A stretch of DNA of 64,000 bases from Oikopleura dioica (Eukaryota; Animalia; Chordata): the NCBI GenBank assembly GCA_907165135.1, contig OU015568.1, positions 16,255,208-16,319,207 on the forward strand, given 5' to 3'. Of the stretch, positions 16,101-28,769 are shown piece by piece. The notes beneath the pieces were generated by a model. The model saw only the letters and a program-made list of their open reading frames with translations, did no database searches and was not told where the DNA came from. Position numbers and translations under genes: made by a program. The number at the start of each line of letters is the position of its first letter. The first letter of the stretch is position 1.

Positions 16101-17509
16101 CTTCCGGTCGTTGCTTTTCCGGCGATATGGATACATTTCCCGCCCCTGCTTCTCCTGAATCGAAGCTTTCTCTTTTCGGCCGTTCCATTCCAGTTCCGCG
16201 CCGCTTCGCGAATTGCTGAAGAATGTATTCTGGCTTGGCGTTGTTTTCCAGCGTTTCTTGAAAAGCGGCGTTGTTGATTTGAGAGATGGCGATGCAGCTG
16301 GCGTAGCCCTTGTGCAGCTTTGTCATGTAGCCGCTTAGTCGTTCGAGATGCTCGGTTTCGAGCTTTTCGAGCACTTCGCAGGAAGCAATCATTGCTGGCT
16401 CGAATGTTTCCAGCGCCTGATTGTACATTTCGACATGTTTCTTCATGTCGTCCGCAGATCGCCGCAGCTGTTTTTCATGTTTCGACCCCGACGCGCTGGA
16501 CGACTCGATCCTCGTCCTCGATTCTTTGCTCTTCGTCAAATGAGTTGTTGCGTGTTGCATTTTCGTCGTCGCTTGGCCAGTCGCCAGCAGTTGCTTTTTG
16601 TGACTTTTGTAGCGCTCGCGACAGTCTTCTTCCGAGTATTTCCGGATGTCGCGCGAAATTTCGAAGAGACGCTGAGCGAGTTCGAGATGAGCTGCTCCTG
16701 AGTTTTCCATCGTCGTCTAAAAGCAAGAATTAAATGTTGATGGGAAATGTGGATAAGGAGTGAGATTTTTAGGCATTGGAGAAAATTGTCAATGATAAGT
16801 GCCTACTCTAGAGACAACTAGAGTTATCTAGAGACATCTAGAATTATCTACAGACATCCAGAGACATCTAGAGACATCTAACGGCATCTAGGGACATCAA
16901 GGGGCATCTAGGGACATCTAGGGACATCTCGGGACATCTAGCGACATCTAGGGAAACGTAGAGTCTTCTAGGGACATCAAGAGACATCTAGAAATATCTA
17001 GAAACATCTAAAGGCATCTAGTCGTATCAAGGTACATTAAAAGACATCTAGAAATTATCTAGAAGTATAAACATTCCGTAATTCACGAGATATTATGAAA
17101 AATATTTTGATATCAATCCACATTGAGTAACATTTACTCGCATTCCTTTTAATAAAACTAATAAAAGACTAAGAAGCATTTTTAAAGAGCCTGACCTTCA
17201 ATATTTTCCAAATAGGCGACAAGAGGATATGCTGGGCATTTGTTTTTTCCTGTTTCCCAAGTCTAGCTAAATTCTTCGCCATTTGATCGTGCTGCGAGGC
17301 GACTTCTCGGATGAACTCGGCAATTTCTTTCGTCGCAGCTGGAGCGCTAGAATTATTGAAATCGTAAAATCGTCAAAGATGAAAATCACTTACGATTTGA
17401 GGGAGGCGTAGAGGACCTCGAATCCTTTATGATCGGCGCCCCAAAAAGCATTTCGGAAATTTGGCGAGTCCTCCGGATCTGGCGGAATTGCCAGCAAATC
17501 TCCTTTCAT
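13118..17509 (-). CDS. FCHO2: FCHO1/2-like muniscin (F-BAR + Pro-rich linker + mu-homology domain)
   Basis: FWGADHKGFEVLY F-BAR start, AITETVNAKF muHD start, AAQFS near the C-terminus; a short upstream exon near 17764 is possible. Confidence 0.85.
16805..17065 (+). repeat. Intronic 10-bp minisatellite (GACATCTAGA/G)
   Basis: About 25 degenerate decamers; similar arrays at ~11975-12210, 13215-13430 and 14530-14590. Confidence 0.85.
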
Positions 17510-18001
17510 ATCCTGAAATCGTAGTTGAAATTTAGGAAAAATAAGGTTCCCCATTCTAACAGGAAAACTGCTCTCAGGGACCCTGAGTCAGGGTCTGAAA
17601 GATCTTCAATTAAAAGCCGCATAGCGGCTTTTGATAAATCATGTTTCAGACTCTGACTCAGGTTTTCTACACAGGTTGCCTGTTAAAATTTTTGATCGAA
17701 TATTTTCTTCGAGCGATTTTCAGTTCTCTCTCGAACCTCTGAATTTCCGCATCCAAGAAGTCTCATTTTTCATCCATCAATTAATATAATTAATTTTTAC
17801 TTTTGCATATTCTCTTTTGATTTTTAATTGATTTTTGAATAATTCATTTTTACTTGAAACGAGAAGTGACTCAGTCGGAGATCGAAATTGATGCTCGTTA
17901 AAGTTGTCTCTTCTGATGTCAGAAGAAAGAAGAATCAGAAGAGACAAAAGACAATCGACATTTTCAGCTATCAATTGAAATCGGGAAAGAAAGGAAATAT
18001 T

Positions 18002-18563
18002 GATGAATTACCATAAGAATTTTTCGGGCAAAAAATTTTTTGAGATATTGGTATAGTCTGAAAGCCCGTAAAAGTTCTCCAGAATCACCAAATTCTAGGG
18101 TCAGATGACGTCATTATGACGTCATCGGGGTGATTTGAAAATTTTGTCTTTGGAACGCTTTTTCGAGCCGAAAATGTTTTTAATCATATTTCTCTCGACG
18201 GATTCGGATTTTCCATAAAAACTACGTAGGGACCCGGGATCAAACCATTGAATATCAACCATTACCGACCGGTTCAATTTTGAAACCGGTCGGTTCGAAA
18301 ATAAACCTCGGGTCCCTACGTAGTTTTTGATGGCGAACAACATGCCATCAATAGAAAAATCTATTTCCAGAAAAAACCGCCTCAAAAAGCGTTCCAAAGT
18401 TTCATGAATTTGGAGCCTTTTCGGACAATTTTAATCATAAATGACGTCATAATGACGTCATTGAGCCTAGAAATTTGGGAATCGACTAATTTTGACTTGG
18501 GCTTTCAGAATATGTTCTTATCTCAAAAAATTTTTCGGCCAAAAATTCTTACGGTAATTCATC
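18002..18563. mobile_element. MITE with GAT...ATC termini and 4-bp TSD
   Basis: TIR GATGAATTACC(A/G)TAAGAATTTTT; TATT on both sides. Confidence 0.8.
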
Positions 18564-18709
18564 TATTGTTGAATCAAATGTCAAAGAGGATAAAAAGTAA
18601 ACCGCGGATTTTCTTTCAGGATTCTTGGTCCAGGAATTTACAAATTTATCGAGCGTACCTCCACAAAAATCGGGGTCCTGGGCTCGACAAACTGTGTAGA
18701 AATTTTGTC

Positions 18710-19043
18710 AAGATTGTGGATAAAATTTTGAAATAGGGCCCAAGATTATCGATTGCCCGCTTTTGAATTTTACGCTTACTCTTCTGACTAGCTTGATATC
18801 GGCTAATGACTTGGGCTAGGGTCTATCACCTGGGTAGAAAACCTGAGTCAGGGTATGAAAAATCTTTAAAATTGAGGGGGCTTCGTTAAAGATTTTTCAT
18901 ACCCTGACTCAGGTTTTCTACACAGGTGATAGACCCTAGCCCAAGTCATTAGCCGATATCAAGCTAATCAGAAGAGTAAGCGTAAAATTTAAAACGGGCA
19001 ATCGACAATCTTGGGACCACTTTCAAGATTAAATCGACAATCT
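18710..19043. mobile_element. Foldback element with a CCTGAGTCAGG core in the FCHO/PPT1 divergent intergenic region
   Basis: Near-perfect inverted arms of ~160 bp. Confidence 0.85.
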
Positions 19044-19616
19044 TGTTTTTATATTTCAATTCAAAGATTTTTGGGGAATGTGTCATAATATTTCTGTTCT
19101 TAATAATTTAAAATTGTTAGCAATAATTTCGGTTATGAATTTAAAATGTACTAAAAATTACGCTACCTCAAAATATAGTTTCTTCTCTCTTCTTTTTCAT
19201 TCTTCAATTTTCGTTCTTTCAAAATCTCTAATTTTTCGAAGCCGTGGGAAAAAACCTCGAGTTTTTCGTTCTTTCTTCTCGCGTCGAAAAAATGGAGACT
19301 CGCGCGCCCACGCTTTCCCTTTTCCCTCGCCTCGAGTTTTCTTCGATTTTTTAGCTTTTTTGCCAAAAATATTTCTTTACGAAATCTTCAGTTGAAAATC
19401 AGTGAGTCGCGAAGAGCACGAATGAAAAATCAACAAAAGAAAGATCGATGACTCATCGCGAACAATTTTTTACAATTTTACGAAGAATTACGGTTTTTTA
19501 AAATAAGTTTTCGAGAAAACTGTCGGGGGCGGCTTTTTGATTTCTGATTGGCTCTTAGATAAATCTAGCCTTTTTAATGGTTAAAAATAGAGTCTATTTT
19601 CTTCTCTTTTTTTAGA

Positions 19617-21105
19617 ATGAAATTATTGTCAAATTTAATTCTGACAGTACTTGGCACTCCTGTCGTCCTCTGGCACGGAATGGGTACTATTTTTGTTACA
19701 TTTTTCCTTTTCAAAAACTCTTTTTAGGGGACAATTGCTGTCACAGTTTTTCAATGGGCGCAGTTTCAAAAATGATCCAGAAGAAAATTCCGACAGTCGA
19801 ATATGTCAAATCTCTGATGATTGGCGACTCTGAAGGTTCCGACACTAGCAATGGATTTTTGATGCCAGTTTTTCAACAGCTCGATTTGGCATGTCAGCAG
19901 ATTCAAGCTGATCCAGGTTAGAAAACATGCAGAAATCAAAATGTTCACAAATATCTCTAAATGTCTGAAATGTCAACAGATATTCTTAGATGTCTCTGAA
20001 TGTCACTACTCAGATTTAATTTCTGCAGATGTCTATTGTGAATAGAAATCTAAGTAGTGAAATTCAGAGTCATCTAAAAATGTCTGTTGACATTTCTGAC
20101 ATTTAGAGACATTTGGGAACATTTCGACATTTTTTTGTAAACATTTAGATTCTTAGATGTCTATTAAATCTACTGAAGTTTCCGTGCGCTTTTTTTCTTG
20201 GGAAATGTCATAAGATGTCTTTAATGTCAGTTGATGTCCGAAAAACATATTTTTATTTCTAGCTCTTCAAAATGGCTACCACGCTGTAGGATTCAGTCAA
20301 GGAGGACAGTTTCTAAGAGCTTTGGCCCAAACCTGTCCTTCTCCACCGATGAAGAATCTCATCTCGATCGGGTCAGTAATCTTTCTAAAGAGTTTTCTAT
20401 CAAAAATTTCAGTGGCCAGCAGCAAGGAATCTTTGGCTTTCCAAAGTGCCCCGATGGAAGTTCAATTTGCGAGTACGTCCGAAAAATGCTCAACTGGGGC
20501 GCCTACACTTCTTTCATTCAAAGCAGACTGGTTCAAGCTCAGTACTGGCACGACCCGCTGCAAGAAGAAACTTACAAGGAATATTCTCAGTTCATCGGAG
20601 TCGTCAACAACGAACACGAATTCAACCAGACTTACAAGGACAGGGCTCGGCAATCTGTGTAGAAAACCTGACTCAGGGTCTGAAAACCGCGCGAAGATTT
20701 TTCAGACCCTGACTCAGGTTAAATACACAGGTTGCCGAGCCGAGTAAAAGGACAACTTGCTGAAGCTCGAAAACTTGGTGCTCGTCAAATTCGAAAAGGT
20801 ATATAATATACGGTATATTATATACCGTATATTTAAAATAAAAAAACAAACTGAAATCAACAACGATTATTCTTTTCCAGGACTCAATGGTCGTCCCAAA
20901 AGAATCCTCCCATTTTGGCTACTATTCGCCCGGCCAAGATGCAGAAATACTCCCTTATGATCAGACAGAACTTTACACAGAAGACCGAATTGGTTTAAAA
21001 ACGCTCGATACTGCCGGAAAGTTGCACTTTTTCACCTTCGCTGGAGATCATCTCAGATTTACCGACGAAGAATTTACAGAGAACCTCGCCCAATTTCTTG
21101 CTTGA
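19617..21105 (+). CDS. PPT1: Palmitoyl-protein thioesterase 1
   Basis: [48 protein letters not shown]. Confidence 0.95.
20641..20744. mobile_element. 104-bp hAT-type MITE forming PPT1 intron 20639-20750
   Basis: TIR CAGGGCTCGGCAA / TTGCCGAGCCGAG; TSD TACAAGGA / TAAAAGGA. Confidence 0.88.
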
Positions 21106-21601
21106 TTTCTGATTTCAAATACATGTATTACAATTCTTATAAAATCGCAAGTTGTTTAGCAGTAATTTGCGCTTTTCCCGCCCGTCCGGGCCTGCTTGAC
21201 ATTCATCGTCTGAATTAGAAGGTCAAATTTTGAGAATGTTGGAAATTTGTCTCTAGAACGTGGCTTGTTGTTTGGGCAAAACTGATGGTTTCTTCAGTCT
21301 TCGGATTTTTACAGTCCGGAAAGCAGCTAATTTAGGTAATTTTAACGGTTTTTTCTGATTTTTAATTATTTTTAGATTTCTTCAAGAACAAGAAGAAGAA
21401 AGTTACCCGAAAGAAGGTAACAATAGCGATCGGAATAGCATATTCTGAATCAATGTGCTCTTTGCCTTACTGGTCGGTTTTCTTCTTTTACCTGAATAAA
21501 ATCAATTTCTTATTTCAAATTTCGTGTGTTTTTCTTTTACTTGCAGGCTCAGTTAGCTTAGATCATCGGTTTTGTTGTGAGAGAGTTTTGGTAGTAGGGG
21601 G

Positions 21602-21868
21602 CAGAGTTCCGAATCACTTCACTTTAACTTTGAAGTGAAGTTACTTTGAAAAATAACTTCATTGCCATATTGAAGTGAAGTGAAGTGATTTTATTTTTGA
21701 GAAAAATGAAGTGAAGTGAAGTGAAGTTAAAAATATAACTTCATTCGAAGTTGAAGTGAAGTTATTTTTCAATATCAAAATTTTGAAGTGAAGTGAAGTG
21801 AAGTGAAAAATAACACTTCATGAAAAAAGTGACTTCACTTCAAGTGACTTTCACTTCTGAAGTAAGTT
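21602..21868. repeat. (GAAGT)n-rich, probably truncated MITE
   Basis: Starts CAGAGTT like the 396 element; many GAAGTGAAGT and ACTTCACTT units. Confidence 0.55.
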
Positions 21869-22470
21869 CCTCCTTATTCAAATTTTAATAGTGAAAACCT
21901 ATTGAAATCACTTAAAAACCGTCATTTTGAAAGAACCCCTACAACCCCCTACTAGGGGGTTGTTCTTCCAGTTTTCCCTAACGGGGCTAGCTACCTTTGA
22001 GGAACCCCTGCGAGAAATTTTTGTTCGCGATGTCGAGCATCTTGGCCATGTCGTCGGTTTGGACGATTAGATTGTCTTTCTGGCGTTACTGAATTGACAT
22101 TCAAGCCTATTTCAATATTTGACCTTCTCTTTAGCAGCGGGAATCTTGCTTTTATTTTGCACAAAATTTAATTTTGCCGCAATATTCGAAAAACAAACGT
22201 GCTTTTTTTCTAAAAAGAAAGAATGAGCGGTTTTCACCCGCGAGGATTGACGAGAGATGCCGTTGAGAAATGGCTGAAAGATTTTAAGAAGAAATTGAAA
22301 AGAACGACGAGCAGAGGTGATTTGGATAGACTGATTTTGTCGGTGGAGAGATACGAGTTTGAAGATGATTGGTGTGCTAAATGGGAGGAGGTTATTTTTG
22401 AAAATGGAAAAGGAAAAATTATGACAGGATTTGCGAATGAAGAATGGAAAATAACTTCATTTCAAAAAAT

Positions 22471-22814
22471 GATGATTTTCGAAAAATTTTTCAGGCCAAA
22501 AATCACTTTTTAACTGTTAGTGCCATCTTCACCGCCGTCTCAAACCGAGTCGAACGGTATATGTATGGCTTGAAAATTCTAGAGTTTCGGGTACTTCCGG
22601 TCAAATTTACGAAATTCTAGTATTCCACTGCCGTTTTTGATACAGAAATGGTACCATGGCATATGGTATGTCAAAATGACCGCTAGGACGTGAGGAATGC
22701 AGGGGTCTCAAAAAGCCATACATATACCGTTCGACTCGGTTTGAGACGGCGATGAAGATGGCACTAACAGTTAAAAAGTGATTTTTAGCCTGAAAACATT
22801 TTTCGAAACTTATC
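22471..22814. mobile_element. GAT...ATC MITE inserted in an exon
   Basis: Long TIRs, AAAT TSD; removal restores FQKMILDRNP, matching the paralog FQKTIIDKNP. Confidence 0.88.
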
Positions 22815-23171
22815 AAATGATCCTCGACAGAAATCCTCAATTAGAAGGAAGACAAATTCAACGCTCGGAACTCAAAGAAGAACCTGGAGAATGGATTCTA
22901 AATGAGTTTCTTCAACAAAAAATAATTTCAGCCGGAGGAGAAGCGATTGCTTTGAAAGAAATGTTTGGAGAACTGAAAGTAGCGGTTCGGGTTCAGGCTT
23001 TTGATTCAGCGCTTTTTACAGACGTTGATGAGGAGTTGACGTTTGAGATTAATCTCTCGAAAGGTTACTTTTTTATAAAATTTTTCAATTTATCAATCTA
23101 GATTACGAAATCGCCGAAAAAGACGAAAAAGACGACGCTCCAGTACTCCCTGTTCATCCAAACGTGATCAA

Positions 23172-24121
23172 TAGGTAAACTTGATGAAAAATGAGCTCTT
23201 TTTTGAGCTTTCAATATAGAGAGTTTAATACATTTTTAGAATCCCCAGAAGCTTGGGATCATTTTGACTATTGATACTTGGGGTTTGGTTCATGCCCTGA
23301 GGCGTTTTAGGTCTTCCAAAGTCCAAAAATCGGGCAATCTCGGTGAAATGGCCATAACTTTTGTTCTCCCCACTTTCTGATGATGCTAAGCATCTCAACT
23401 TGTAGCTGGGGTTCTGACGGTTCAGAATCTATGTAGAAAACTACCGGACACCCCCATTCTAGGGCCCCTAGAACCTCTAGAAGTTAGGGAAGTCCACCGA
23501 AAATCGGTACTTTTCAACTGAAATGTTGTAAAAGGTGTAAATTTTTGTCCGAAATCGATCAGAACTCGATAAAATCGGCTCTCTGATGTCCAAAATACAG
23601 TTGCAAGGCATCGAAAGTCACTTCAAATCAAATTATGTGCAAGAAAAAAAATTTCATAAAAACTCACCCGAAGTACTCTATAATGACCCCAAATATATTT
23701 TTGAGGTCACAAAAACGATTTTATTATTCCTAGATCGTTTTTGTACAGAAATATATCTGTTTTACCATATTTTAGTAAAAAGTACCGATTTTCGGTGGAC
23801 TTCCCTAACTTCTAGAGGTTCTAGGGGCCCTAGAATGGGGGTGTCCGGTAGTTTTCTACATAGATTCTGAACCGTCAGAACCCCAGCTACAAGTTGAGAT
23901 GCTTAGCATCATCAGAAAGTGGGGAGAACAAAAGTTATGGCCATTTCACCGAGATTGCCCGATTTTTTGGACTTTGGAAGACCTAAAACGCCTCAGGGCA
24001 TGAACCAAACCCCCAAGTATCAATAGTCAAAATGATCCCCAGCTTCTGGGGATTCTAAAAATGTATTAAACTCTCTATATTGAAAGCTCAAAAAGAGCTC
24101 ATTTTTCATCAAGTTTACCTA
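23172..24121. mobile_element. 950-bp hAT-type foldback MITE in an exon
   Basis: Near-perfect arms of ~340 bp starting TAGGTAAACTTG; perfect 8-bp TSD GTGATCAA. Confidence 0.95.
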
Positions 24122-26205
24122 GTGATCAAGAATTTCTGCAACATCGAAATTTTCTTGAGCAAAGACGAGAAAAGACAAGACTGCCTTGGGTGGATTACGA
24201 TTATGGAGAAGTGCGACGGCGATTTGAGGAGCGGATTGAAGAAGGAAGATTTGAGCTTGGAAGAGAGGAAGAAAATTGCGATTGGAGTGGAGAAGGGAGA
24301 AGAGTATTTGAAGAGCATTGGAATTTTACATCATGATCAGAAGCCGGAAAATATTTTATTGAAAAATGAAGAATGCAAATGGATCGATTTTGGAACAATT
24401 GAAGAAAGAACTGGAAGGAAGAGCTATCGAAAGATGGGCTACGTGAGAAGAGGGAGCAAATATAGATTTAATAAACATTTATGTAAGTTTTAAAGTCTAT
24501 GTCTTCGAAAATGTTTTTTCGAAGATGCTGGATCTGCTGCTTTTTCGGACAGTTTTCAACTTTTTGGAGAAGGAGGAGGAGATGCATCATCACTTCACAT
24601 TCTGATTCTTTGCGATTGGAAAACAGCGTGGAGTCTTCTTTATAAACCAATTGAAGAAGACGAACGAGAAAAGATCAAAGAAGAATTGAAGGCGAGTCTT
24701 CAAAATTTATTGCTTTTAAAGATAACACTCATAAGGCCTGCAATGCTGAGAGGCTCTTATATAAAGGCAAATTCGGATCAATCAAAACTCCCTCAACCGA
24801 AGAAATCGAGAACTTGTCAAAAATAATTTCTCTAAAAATGCGTCTTCTGATTTTTGTCTTGACGATCCAAATTTAACAAAGTCTTCCGCGATGGCCAATC
24901 TCAAGCAAAAACTGACGAGACAGATGAATTTCGACTTCGAAAATTTGACGAAGAGAGTTTTAAACCAAAAGAAAGCGATCTTTGTGTCCCCATTTCAGTT
25001 TCCGTTCTTTTGAGATGGGCACTCCAAAATGATTTGAAAGTTGATGATTGGAAAATGAATGCATATTTAACTCTCGAAAACATCTTCACAAATATGACAA
25101 TGGTTATTTATCCGCGGAGTTTGGCAGGGTTAAATCTCAACCCCAAAAATGGAGAACAAGAATTTCAAACAAACGAAATTGAAATACTTCTAAGAAGAAT
25201 GAAGTTCGGAACTTATTTGAAACCAAGCGGGTGGTAAATTATCATAAAAGATTATTTTCGAGTAAAAGGCGATTTTAATTTTGAAAAAGGTTTTGATGAA
25301 ATTATTTCTTGAATTTAACTAAAATAATTATTCAAGTCTTCCTCCACCACAACTTCGCCTTCACCCGCCCCTTAACAGTCACGGGCGCCTACCTGAATCC
25401 CGACGGCTCAATAGTTTTCCACCAAATGGTTCTTGACCGAATCGAAAACTCCGAATTCATTCTCCAAAACACTTTAATCGCCCATTACGGCTCCCAAATC
25501 AGAATTCCTCTTTCTCGCGAATTCTACGCTTTTTACGAAATGATGGAAGATTGCTTCAATTGCTACAACGATTATGTTTACTACGGGCCAAACAACGAGT
25601 TTTCTGCTTTGACGAACGAACATTTCAACATGGAAACTGAAAAATGGTTTCTCCTCCCTCAAGCGTATTCAATTACTCTTACACCTAAATAAACAGTAAG
25701 CATTTATCACACAACAAATATCACTTGGATACTATCAAATTTTCAGGGGTAGAGCTTCCATCATCGCTTTTGCCGCCAGAATCGCTTTTTTATAAAGAGT
25801 TCTCTCGTGAAATTTCACTGCAAATAGAAAACAGTCCAAGTTTAGTTTATATGCATATTAAATAATAAATGGAATCATAGAGAAGTAAAACTGAAGAGCT
25901 CAAGCAGGTGGCGAAATTGTCAAGCAGTAGAAGCCCTGCTTCTATAAATTAATTGCCATAAGGAATCTTCGATCTTTCTTACCATTCTTCATATGTCGTA
26001 TATATTATCATTGAGAAGTATATGACATAATGTTTTCGCACAGTTTATCATATACGAAAACAAATTATTTGCTCCACCTGTTATCGGAGAAAGGAGAGTG
26101 GCGTCTCTTTAATTCATTGCCAATGAATCATTGGCGTCTCCCAAAAAATGTTAAAAGACACGCCATTCTCTTATCTCCAAATTTCTCCCAAAATCACCAG
26201 CTTAA

Positions 26206-26936
26206 GGGACCCGGGCGAGTAACGCGAAGGCCAACTTCACGCGCTCGCCATTGATCTTTCAGAAAAGCTTTTTGAAATTTGTTTTTGCTTAACATATCTG
26301 CATTCACTCAGCTTTCATCTCCAACTTTCAGATTTTTATATCATACTTAATTCTTGAGCTAGAGTGAAAAGAGAAGTTCAACTTCAAAGGGCATCAACTC
26401 CTGCTAACCTCATTCTATTGACATAAAACCAGCACCATTAAAAAGCCCATTAAATTCTGAACAGATCATACTTAATGCGCTAAGCTGGAACTCTACTAAT
26501 TGCCCTGAACGCGCTGATAAACGAACGGACTGAGCGCTCGCAGCAAGGCAGGACACTCCGATCGGGCTATTTTGGGCTCCCGGGACATGATTCCCGCTGC
26601 GCGCGCACTAAGTTTTCTTGTTTATCTGGCCTTAATCGCTCATTACTGCAGTTTCAGCTTAGCGCATTAAGTATGATCTGTTCAGAATTTAATGGGCTTT
26701 TCAATGGTGCTGGTTTCATGTCAATAGAAAGAGGTTTGCAGGAGTTGATGCCCTTTGAAGTTGAACTTCTCTTTTTCACTCTAGCTCAAGAATTAAGTAT
26801 GATATAAAAATCTGAAAGTTGGAGATGAAAGCTGAGTGAATGAAAATATGTTTAGCAAAAGAAATTTCAAAAAGCTGTTCTGAAAGATCAATGGCGAGCG
26901 CGTAAAGTTGGCCTTCGCGTTACTCGCCCGGGTCCC
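26206..26936. mobile_element. TTAA-flanked foldback MITE with GG termini (Kolobok-like, tentative)
   Basis: Arms of ~280 bp starting GGGACCCGGGCGAGTAACGCG; TTAA on both sides. Confidence 0.9.
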
Positions 26937-26947
26937 TTAAGACTTAC

Positions 26948-27857
26948 CTTCAAATGTGCACGAAAACTCTGAATATACTTCTACCGTTTGGATGGATCCG
27001 TTTTCGCCCTGAAACATGCTGCCGAAAATGGCATTAGTATAAACGTCATGTGTTGCGTTTGAAGTTTTCTGCATTCGACAAGCCTCGTCGCCATAGAGAG
27101 CGAACTTGTAGTCAGTTTCAGTCTCGTAATCGAGCTTTCCGACGCAAGTGTTGAGTCCAGATGGTTGGAGAGGGCTAAACTCGTTTACTACATGTAAAAA
27201 TTGTAAATACTGTACTCGGTAGGATTGATGCCGTTGATCGACAAGTCTTCTAGTTTGAATCCCAATCGATGCATAAGACACTTGTCGACTTTTACCACCA
27301 TTTCATCTCTTGAGTTGCAAGATAGGTGGACATGGTCGTCGATGTTTATCTAATTTTTACTAATCTACTAAAAACGATTTCAAGTAATACTTGATCTGGT
27401 TCAGGCATCGATTCCAAGTCGCAAACGCATCCAGTTTCTTCAGTGCATGAGCCATAAGGCCCGCATTCGGTCGTTTCTCTTGAATGACACTTTGGCGAAG
27501 TAGACAAAAGTCCTCCAGCGTCTTCGCATGGTAGAGTGCAAATGACTGAGCAATTGCCGTTCCAAATTTCCTGAAGATCGAATCCTTCTCCTTCGATCAC
27601 CTCGCATGTTTCGTTTCCGCCAGTTGTTGTTTTCGCCAGAAAATCGTGAGTTGATGAGAAAACAGCGGGAACAGTGGCGTTCAGGTCGAATTCAGCAGGA
27701 AAATCGATGTTGAATTCGAACTCGACGGATTTGTCAGTGTTGGTGACTTGGAAAGCGTCGAATGTCGCGTAGCCGGTTCCGGGTTTGAAGGTTCGAAATG
27801 GCAAAATTAGGGTTAGAGCAGTGATTTTCTCGGTCTTCCGGACATTTTTCGGGGTGA
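26948..27857 (-). CDS. EGF-like + zona pellucida ZP-N domain exons (gene fragment)
   Basis: CGPYGSCTEETGCVC; LSCNSRDEMVVKVDKC...SNATHDVYTNAI...EFSCTF; flanked by AG and GT sites. Confidence 0.65.
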
Positions 27858-28769
27858 CTGTAATGAAAGAAAATGATCGCCGTCGTCGATTTACTATAAT
27901 AGTAATAATAATAGTAATTTACAATTTGTAAATTTTCATTACAAGCGATTTTAAATTTTGACCCCTGATTTGCGTTCGGTCCCTATTCGAAGGGAACTCG
28001 ATCAAGTCCGAGTATCTCTCTACTCTCTCCGTCTCTAAGAGAGACAACGACGGTGGCTGGGTTGAGTGGGAAGCCAACGACAGTCAACATTTCCTCGTTC
28101 TGAAAAACACCATCAGTGGTGTCGGCGCCATTGTTGCAATGCACCATAGATGGTGCATGCAGTAATTCTCAAAACAAGCCTATTTCCGAACCCTACCCCA
28201 AACCAAGGATAGTCGAAAGTTAACCTAAGGGTATTTTATCGATAAATAGCCCTACAATTTCTTCCTTTTTCGAAACTCAAAATCACTTCGGTGGGAGACC
28301 TATTTTTCACCCCTGTTCCAGAGATCGTGCACCCTGGCCGGCTAAGGTTAAAAGTCGCGTTTAAAAATGACCCAAATGATGACCGACATGTCACATGTGC
28401 TACCCACTGGGAAGTCCCGCAGAGACTGCTCCTAGCACCAACTCTGAGCAAGGCTCGGTGTGAGATGGATCGAGCCAAAGTTAACACAAACAAGGTGAAC
28501 TGAGCTGCAAAATCGGATCAAGCTCCATGGCCAAAATCCTTTCATTATTTTTCTGAAAAATTTTTCAACTCTAGTCCAATCGACAAGTAGAAGAAGAGTT
28601 TATAAAAATTTTTTACCCATTTGAGCCTGAGAGCTGTTTGAAAATGGGCAATTTCCCGAATACCGCCCCACACCTCCTTAACGCCGAAACGCAGGGCGAC
28701 CAATTAATTAATATTAATTAATCATATTAATATAATATTAATCATACAAATATATTAATGCCTCATAAC

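Larger units (their letters stand above)
22223..25692 (+). pseudogene. Atypical kinase + papain-fold domain gene, copy 1 (disrupted)
   Basis: Collinear with 31804-34529; two exonic MITEs; in-frame TAA at 25235 where the paralog has GAT; two homopolymer frameshifts. Confidence 0.8.

Noticed and set aside
21150-22150. Possible small minus-strand gene
   Set aside because: Splice-like signals present but frame ambiguous and no homology recognised
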